Source: Vulcanimicrobiota bacterium
GTDB lineage: Bacteria > Vulcanimicrobiota > Vulcanimicrobiia > Vulcanimicrobiales > Vulcanimicrobiaceae
Direction of reading: 5' to 3'
DNA: 64,000 nt
Assembly (NCBI GenBank): GCA_963777315.1
Contig: CAVZQC010000002.1
Location: forward strand, 768,001 to 832,000
The notes under the pieces are model-generated. The model had not been told where the DNA came from, searched no databases, and was given only the letters and a program-made list of their open reading frames with translations. The translations under genes and the position numbers were made by a program. This document shows, one piece after another, positions 56,258 through 64,000 of this stretch (the first letter of the stretch is position 1; each line of letters opens with the position of its first letter).

Positions 56258-57258
56258 GCTCGCACGCAGATCACGGTCTCGGCATTCTCGCCCAGCGGAC
56301 GAATCACCAGACCGTCGCGCGTGAGGCGAACCACCTCGCCGCGTTTGAGCCGTTCGCGCAGCGAGGTTTCGTTGAGCACCGTTTCCACGAACACCGATGC
56401 GTCCGGATCGGACGCCGCGTTTTGGAATGCGGGAACGTACAGCGCATCCTCGAGCGTGTAGATCTCGATATGCTGGCTTACGCTGTCGATGGCTTTGACC
56501 AGCGCCGCGAGTTGCTGATGGGTCTGGCGGCGATTGGTGATATCGCGGCCCACGGCGACCCAGTGCATCGGAGATCCATCCGGGCGGCTCAGAGGGCGGC
56601 TTGCGAATTCGGTCCAAAACGCCGAGCCGTTTTTTCTTCGCAGCAGCAGCTCTTTTTCGTTGTCGCGCAAATGTTCCAAGTTGTCGACGACGGCTTGTAC
56701 GGCCGCCGGATCGTTTTCGTCGGCCATCAGCGCCGAATACGGCTGTCCCACGAGTTCGTCGGCCGAATAACCGGTGGCGGCCAAAAATGGTGAATTCGCG
56801 TACTCGATGAACGGACCGCCCTGCGAGGGCGGCACGCTGTCAGTGACCAGCACGAAGTCGAGCGCTTCGTCCATCGCATGCGTGAGCATCTGCGCTTGAC
56901 GCTCGCTCGCAACGAGTTCCGACGCAATGCCGGCGAAGTCGCGCAGCGCCTGCTTTTGCCGTGCGCTAATCGCACGCTCGCGGCGATCCGCAACCGCCAA
57001 CGCGCCGAGCGCCGCGCCGTTCTGCGCGCGCAATGCAACGCCCGCGTAAAATCCGCCGGAGCCGTCATGCGCAACGCACACGTCGCCGTGCTGCAGCGTT
57101 TCACTCACCGGCGAAAACAGCAGCGCCGTTTCGTCTTCGCGCGCGAATCCTGAGGTGGCACGAAAACTGGTGCCGTCGCGATCCACGACTGCGAGCGCAG
57201 CCAGCGGCATATCGCAGGCTTCTGCGACGCGCCGCACCAGGATCTCACAGGATTGCAT
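56227..57258 (-). CDS. GAF + PAS sensor protein without an obvious output domain
   Basis: FYAGVAL....G..LG.LAV.D...R (GAF); IEYAN..F...TGY...ELVG and RKNGS.FW...RDIT (PAS/PAC). Confidence 0.8.
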   Translation of the reverse strand: MQSCEILVRRVAEACDMPLAALAVVDRDGTSFRATSGFAREDETALLFSPVSETLQHGDVCVAHDGSGGFYAGVALRAQNGAALGALAVADRRERAISARQKQALRDFAGIASELVASERQAQMLTHAMDEALDFVLVTDSVPPSQGGPFIEYANSPFLAATGYSADELVGQPYSALMADENDPAAVQAVVDNLEHLRDNEKELLLRRKNGSAFWTEFASRPLSRPDGSPMHWVAVGRDITNRRQTHQQLAALVKAIDSVSQHIEIYTLEDALYVPAFQNAASDPDASVFVETVLNETSLRERLKRGEVVRLTRDGLVIRPLGENAETVICVRAQPRRFAAAS

Positions 57259-57311
57259 ACCTGCATACTATCGACGGCGCAGGCCGTCGCGCCCGTGCGG
57301 GGCGGTAAAGT

Positions 57312-58847
57312 TTACAGCAAAGCTCGGCGCAAATCCCTTAACACGGCTGCAAGGTACGCCGTGAAGCGAGCAGCCGCCGCACCGTCGATCACGCGATGGT
57401 CGTACGACAGCGAAAGCGGCTGAACGAGCCGCGGCACGAACTGCGTTCCATTCCATACCGGGTGCGTCGCAGCGCGGCAAGCGCCCAGAATAGCCACTTC
57501 CGGAGCGTTGATGATGGGCGTGAAATACGTGCCGCCGATGCTGCCCAGGCTCGAAATGGTGAACGTTCCGCCTTGCATGTCGGAAGGCGAAAGTTTTCCT
57601 TCTCGCGCTTTGCCCGCGAGCTGTGCCGTCTCGCGGGCGAGCTCTCTGATGCCTTTGCGATCGGCATCGCGAACGACCGGCACGACCAAGCCCGCGGGCG
57701 TGTCGGCGGCAAACCCGATGTGATAGTACTTTTTGAGCACCAATTCTTCGCCGTCGAGCGAGCTGTTGAATTGAGAAAACGTTTTGAGCGCTGCGATCGA
57801 CGCTGCGATCAAGAATGCCAGCATCGTTACTTTGGCGTTGGAATTGCCGGCCTCCGCATTGAGGTCTTGACGAAACTGCTCGAGATCGGTCACGTCCGCG
57901 TCTTCATTTTGGGTGACGTGAGGAATGGTCACCCAATTGCGGTGCAAATTCGCTGCGGAGATGCGCTTGATGCGCGAAAGCGGCGCGCGCTCGATCTCGC
58001 CGAACTGCGCAAAGTCGATCTTCGGCCACGGCGCGATCGCCAAACCGGATGTTCCCACGGCTGTCGCGCCGCCGTCGGCCAGCGCCGATTTCACGAACCG
58101 CTGAACGTCGTCGCGGGTGACGCGCCGGTTTGGACCGCTGGGCGAAACGCGATGCAGATCGACGCCTAACTCGCGCGCGAAGCGGCGGATCGACGGACTG
58201 GCATGCACGGCGCCGTTGGCCGCCGCCTCGGCCGGTTCGGCGCGCTCGGGCTCGCTGCGATTTGGCTCGCTGCGCTTTGGCTCGCTGAGCATGGCGTTCC
58301 GATCCTGTACCTGTGGAACTGCATTGTCGCCTCGAGGCTGTCGCGGATTCTCCGAGCTCAACGTCGCAATGACATCGCCCTTGGACACCTTGTCGCCGGG
58401 CTTGATGCGCACGTCGCGAATCGTGCCGCCGGCGCTTGCCGGCACTTCCATCGTCGCTTTTTCCGATTCGAGCGTGACCAGCGATGCATCTTTGGCGATA
58501 ACGTCGCCCGGATGTACCAAAACTTCGATCACGGGCACGTCCTGGAAGTCCCCGATGTCGGGCACGACGAGATCGATCGCCGCGACGGGCTCGGCGTGCT
58601 TGGACGAATCCTGCCGAAGTGTCAGAACCACCGAACCCTTCGATACCTTGTCGCCCACGCCGACTTTGACGTCCGCGATCACTCCGTCCGACGGCGACGG
58701 CACCTCCATCGACGCTTTTTCCGATTCGAGCGTGACGATCGAATCGTTTTTCTTGACGGTGTCGCCCGGTTTGACCAGCACCTCGATCACCGGCACGTCG
58801 ATGAAGTCGCCGATGTCGGGCACTTGGACGTCGATCGTGTCGGCCAC
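57312..58847 (-). CDS. aceF: Pyruvate dehydrogenase E2, dihydrolipoamide acetyltransferase (two lipoyl domains)
   Basis: Two VPDIGDF...LESEKA.MEVP lipoyl domains, HASPSIRRFARELG, FTPIINAPE, SYDHRVIDGA. Confidence 0.95.
   Translation of the reverse strand: MADTIDVQVPDIGDFIDVPVIEVLVKPGDTVKKNDSIVTLESEKASMEVPSPSDGVIADVKVGVGDKVSKGSVVLTLRQDSSKHAEPVAAIDLVVPDIGDFQDVPVIEVLVHPGDVIAKDASLVTLESEKATMEVPASAGGTIRDVRIKPGDKVSKGDVIATLSSENPRQPRGDNAVPQVQDRNAMLSEPKRSEPNRSEPERAEPAEAAANGAVHASPSIRRFARELGVDLHRVSPSGPNRRVTRDDVQRFVKSALADGGATAVGTSGLAIAPWPKIDFAQFGEIERAPLSRIKRISAANLHRNWVTIPHVTQNEDADVTDLEQFRQDLNAEAGNSNAKVTMLAFLIAASIAALKTFSQFNSSLDGEELVLKKYYHIGFAADTPAGLVVPVVRDADRKGIRELARETAQLAGKAREGKLSPSDMQGGTFTISSLGSIGGTYFTPIINAPEVAILGACRAATHPVWNGTQFVPRLVQPLSLSYDHRVIDGAAAARFTAYLAAVLRDLRRALL
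58235..58290 (-). repeat. Short 15-bp tandem repeat in the E2 linker (SEPKR-SEPNR-SEPER-AEPAE)
   Basis: The ggctcgctg unit recurs at 15-bp spacing. Confidence 0.6.
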
Positions 58848-58849
58848 GG

Positions 58850-61562
58850 CTACACCGTAACCGGGTTGGGCTTGTCGACGTCGATGTCGTACTTGCGGAT
58901 CGCGTCCGAAACCACGGACGCCGGCAGCGCGTCTTCGTCCGCGAGCGCCTTGAGCGCCGAGAGCGCCACGTAGCGGCGGTCCACTTCGAAAAACGCCCGC
59001 AAGTTGCGCCGCAGATCGCTTCTGCCGAAACCATCGGTTCCCAGCGTAACGTACCGGCGGTGAACGTAAGGCCGAATCTGATCGGCATACGTGCGGATAT
59101 AATCGGTCGACGCGATCGCAGGGCCTTCCCGGTCGGCCAGACACTGCTCCACGTACGAAAGGCGTGCCTGCTCTTGCGGATGCACGAGATTCCAGCGCTG
59201 GACTTCGATGCCGTCGCGCCGCAGTTCGTTGAAGCTGGTCACGCTCCAAACGTCGGCTGCGACGTTAAAGTCGTTCGCCAGCAGCTCGGCTCCGGCTTCG
59301 ACTTCGCGCAGGATCGCACCCGACCCCATCAGCTGGACGCGGGGCGTTTTTTTCTTGCTCTGCTCGGGAACAGTGGAACGCAGCAGGTACATCCCTTTGA
59401 GAATGCCTTCACGCGCATCCGGCGGCATGTCGGGATGCCGGTAATTCTCGTTGAGCAGCGTGATGTAATAGTAGACGTCTTCCTGATCGGTCAGCATGCG
59501 GCGCAAGCCGTCCTGCACGATGACGGCCACTTCGTAGCCGTACGTGGGATCGTACGAAACGCAATTGGGGATGAAGGACGCGAACACTTGGCTGTGGCCG
59601 TCCTCGTGCTGCAGCCCTTCGCCGTTGAGCGTCGTTCTGCCCGAAGTGGCGCCCAGCAGAAACCCGCGCGTTCGCGAATCGGCGGCCGCCCACGCGAGAT
59701 CGCCCACGCGCTGAAAGCCGAACATCGAATAAAAGATGTAAAACGGGATCATCGGCACGTTGTGCGTGGAGTACGACGTGCCGGCCGCGATCCATGACGA
59801 AATCGCACCCGCCTCGTTGATGCCCTCCTGCAGAATCTGCCCCTGTTTGTCTTCGCGATACCACATCAGTTGCTCGGCGTCTTGCGGCTGGTACAGCTGC
59901 CCCACCGACGAATAGATGCCGAGCTGGCGAAACAAGCCCTCCATGCCGAAGGTGCGCGATTCGTCGGCCACGATCGGCACGATCTTCGACCCGACGATCT
60001 TGTCCTTGACTAAGGCGGTGAAGACGCGCACGAACGCCATCGTCGTCGAGATCTCGCGCTCGCCCGTGCCTTTGAGGTGCGTATCGAACGCGGAGAGATC
60101 GGGAACGGCCAGCGAAGCCGACTTGGTGCGCCGGGTGGGAATGTGGCCGCGACGGGCGACCATGTCGCGCAGGTACTGCATTTCCGCGCTGTCGTCCGGC
60201 GGACGCATGAAGGTGAGTTTTTCGACCTCCGTGTCCGGAATGGGCAGGTGAAACCGGTCGCGAAACGTGCGCATCGATTCCACTTTCATCTTTTTGGCTT
60301 GATGGGCGATGTTCTGCGCTTCTCCGGACGCGCCCATGCCGTAGCCTTTGATTGTCTTGGCGAGAATGACGGTAGGGCGCCCGGTGTGTTCGAATGCCGC
60401 TTTATACGCCGCATACACTTTTCGCGGATCGTGCCCCCCGCGCTGGAGCGCCCAAACGTCGTCGTCGCTCATGTGCGCAACCAGATCGAGCGCTTCGGGA
60501 TAGCGGCCGAAGAAATTGTCGCGAACGTACTTGCCGTCGCGCGATTTGAACGTCTGGTAATCGCCGTCGACGCACTCGTTCATCAGTTGCACCAGTTTGC
60601 CGCTGTGGTCGCGTTCGAGCAGCGCATCCCAGTCTGCTGCCCCAGATGACCTTGATGACGTTCCAGCCCGCGCCTTTGAAAACGGTTTCGAGTTCTTGAA
60701 TGATCTTGCCGTTGCCGCGAACCGGTCCGTCGAGCCGCTGTAAGTTGCAGTTGATCACCCAAATGAGATTGTCGAGCTTCTCGCGTCCCGCTAGTGAAAT
60801 CGCTCCCAGTGATTCGGGCTCGTCGGTTTCCCCGTCGCCCAAAAACGCCCACACCTTGCGGTCGCCGGCATCGATGACGCCGCGATCGTCCAAATAACGC
60901 ATGAAGCGCGCTTGATAGATCGACATGATGGGCCCCAGGCCCATCGACACGGTCGGGAATTGCCAGAAGTCGGGCATCAGCCACGGATGCGGATACGAAG
61001 ACAATCCCTTACCGTCGACTTCGCGGCGGAAATGCTCGAGCTGCTCCTGCGTAATACGCCCTTCAACGAAGGCGCGCGCGTAGAAACCCGGCGAGGAGTG
61101 GCCTTGCAGAAAAATCAGATCGCCGCCGAACGAATCGGTTTGCGCGCGAAAGAAGTGGTTGAAGCCTACGTCGTAGAGCGTGGCCGACGACGCGAAGCTC
61201 GCAACATGCCCGCCGAGCTCGGACGATTCCTTGTTGGCGCGAGCGACCATGGCCATTGCGTTCCAGCGCACGTAATGGCGAATGCGCGTTTCGAGCTCGT
61301 CGTTGCCGGGGAGCGGCGGCTGTTGTGCGGCGGGGATCGTGTTGATGTACGGCGTCGACAAGCCCAGAGAGACGTGAGCGCCGCCACGCTGCGCGGTTGC
61401 GACGATCGCTTCGATCAGCTCCTGCGCGCGTGCCGAACCCTCGTGCGCGAGCACGCCTTCAATCGCGTCGGTCCATTCGCGGGTTTCTTGCGGATCGGGT
61501 GCGAAGCCGGCGCCCGCGCCGTTTTGGCCTGCTGCCGTTTGGGGTATGCCGGTGCTCGTCAT
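58850..61562 (-). pseudogene. aceE: Pyruvate dehydrogenase E1 (homodimeric AceE type) with a +1 frameshift near 60633 (probably a sequence error)
   Basis: [28 protein letters not shown] and NLQRLDGP in one frame; WDALL..., DESRTFGMEG and GEGLQH in the next. One extra base in ggc agc aga c tgg. Confidence 0.92.
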
Positions 61563-61598
61563 GCGCAGCCGCTTCCCGCCGGCCCATCCATTCCCTTG

Positions 61599-62509
61599 CT
61601 AATGGACCAGGCCAATTTGCAGCCTGGAGCGCTCCGCTTCCTCGCGTAAAAAGGCGGCGATTGCAAGCAGCAGCAAAACGCCGCCGGCCAAGGCCGCCGG
61701 AGTGAGGCGTTCACCGAAGGCAAAAAACGCCAAGACGGCTGCGATGACCGGCTCGAACAGCGTCGTGAGCGCAACGGCGCTCGGCGTAAACCAGCGCAGC
61801 GCAGCGTTGAGCGCGGTGTGGCCCAGAGCTGTGAGATGAACGCCATCGCCAGAATTCCGCCCCACGCCTGCGCGTGCGCCAATTGCGGCGGCGGCTGACG
61901 CGCGATTGCCGATGCGGCGACGAGCACGATCGCCGCCCACGTGTACGTGCGCGTGACGATCGTTTGCGTACCGTAGCCGGCGCGCACTTGCCTGACGAAC
62001 AGAAAGTACGCCGCGATTGCGCCTCCGCCGATCAGTGCCAGCACGCCGCCCAGCACCTGATGCCCGGGTTGGGGCGGACGCGTCGTGCTCCAGCCAACGA
62101 CGAGCAGCAAACCTGCGAATGCGCCTGCCAGCGCGCACCAGCCCACGCGCGTGAGCCGGTAACGGTGCACGATCGCATCGTAAAGCGCCGTCCAAATCGG
62201 CGAAGTCGCTACGAGCAGCACGGAGATCGCTACGCTCGTGTATTCCAGCGACCAAATCCACCCGCCGAAATGCACGGCGAGCGCTACGCCTGCAATCGCC
62301 AGTATCCGCTTGTCGGCGCGCGACACCGGCGAGCGTTGCGGCGCACGTCCGCCCGCAAACGCTCCAATGAGCAGCAGCACGAGCGCAGCAACGACCATGC
62401 GCGAAGCCGCGACTGCAATCGGGTGCGCTCCGCCCAGCGCAAAGCGCGCGAAAATCGCGGCCGCTCCAACGGCGATCTGCGCGCCGCCCAATACCAAGTA
62501 CCGGTTCAC
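61599..62509 (-). pseudogene. EamA/DMT family transporter with a -1 frameshift near 61827 (probably a sequence error)
   Basis: AAIFAR, LAVHF..WI.SLEYTSVA, SP.W; the frame switches at ISQL|GHTALN...EPVIA. Confidence 0.8.
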
Positions 62510-62564
62510 GCCGCGAGCTTTGCGCCTTCGGCAGGGGAATCCCCGAGCGCGAACGGGTAGAGTC

Positions 62565-64000
<1,436 letters not shown>

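Noticed and set aside
58235..58290. 15-bp repeat as CRISPR or contingency locus
   Set aside because: In-frame degenerate repeat in the flexible E2 linker; no spacers and no cas genes.
52440..61835. Programmed ribosomal frameshifting in rnd, aceE or eamA
   Set aside because: No slippery heptamer or known recoding precedent; the clustering of indels points to consensus errors.

Overview
GC-rich, densely packed bacterial chromosomal window with about 55 CDSs and many NTGA start/stop overlaps. I found no rRNA, tRNA, CRISPR array, integrase or transposase. The gene style is reminiscent of Candidatus Eremiobacterota/Vulcanimicrobiota (inference only). Most of the window is housekeeping: threonine/serine dehydratase, ROK kinase, egtD, an OpuC-like ABC transporter, ppk1, bolA-grxD-sulfurtransferase, rnd, acnA, aceEF and a TPP riboswitch upstream of thiC. 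The most interesting region is 28.6-46.6 kb. It holds an IclR-type regulator, an inositol-type ABC transporter and iolD-iolG-iolB-iolE. The canonical iolC (kinase), iolJ (aldolase) and iolA are absent from the window. In their place is a translationally coupled split transketolase with an altered substrate motif, followed by an IPMDH-family decarboxylating dehydrogenase. A repeated AT-rich 10-bp-periodic motif sits in the iclR/ABC intergenic region and also upstream of a TonB receptor-phosphoesterase-beta-propeller-aldehyde dehydrogenase operon. I infer a candidate kinase-free, transketolase-based inositol (phosphate) utilisation pathway that could run through D-malate. Other points: an Xre/RES toxin-antitoxin pair with operator palindromes, a dienelactone hydrolase lacking its catalytic Cys, a probable CTG start codon, several leaderless-type promoters, and three single-base frameshifts (rnd, aceE, eamA) that are probably assembly errors.
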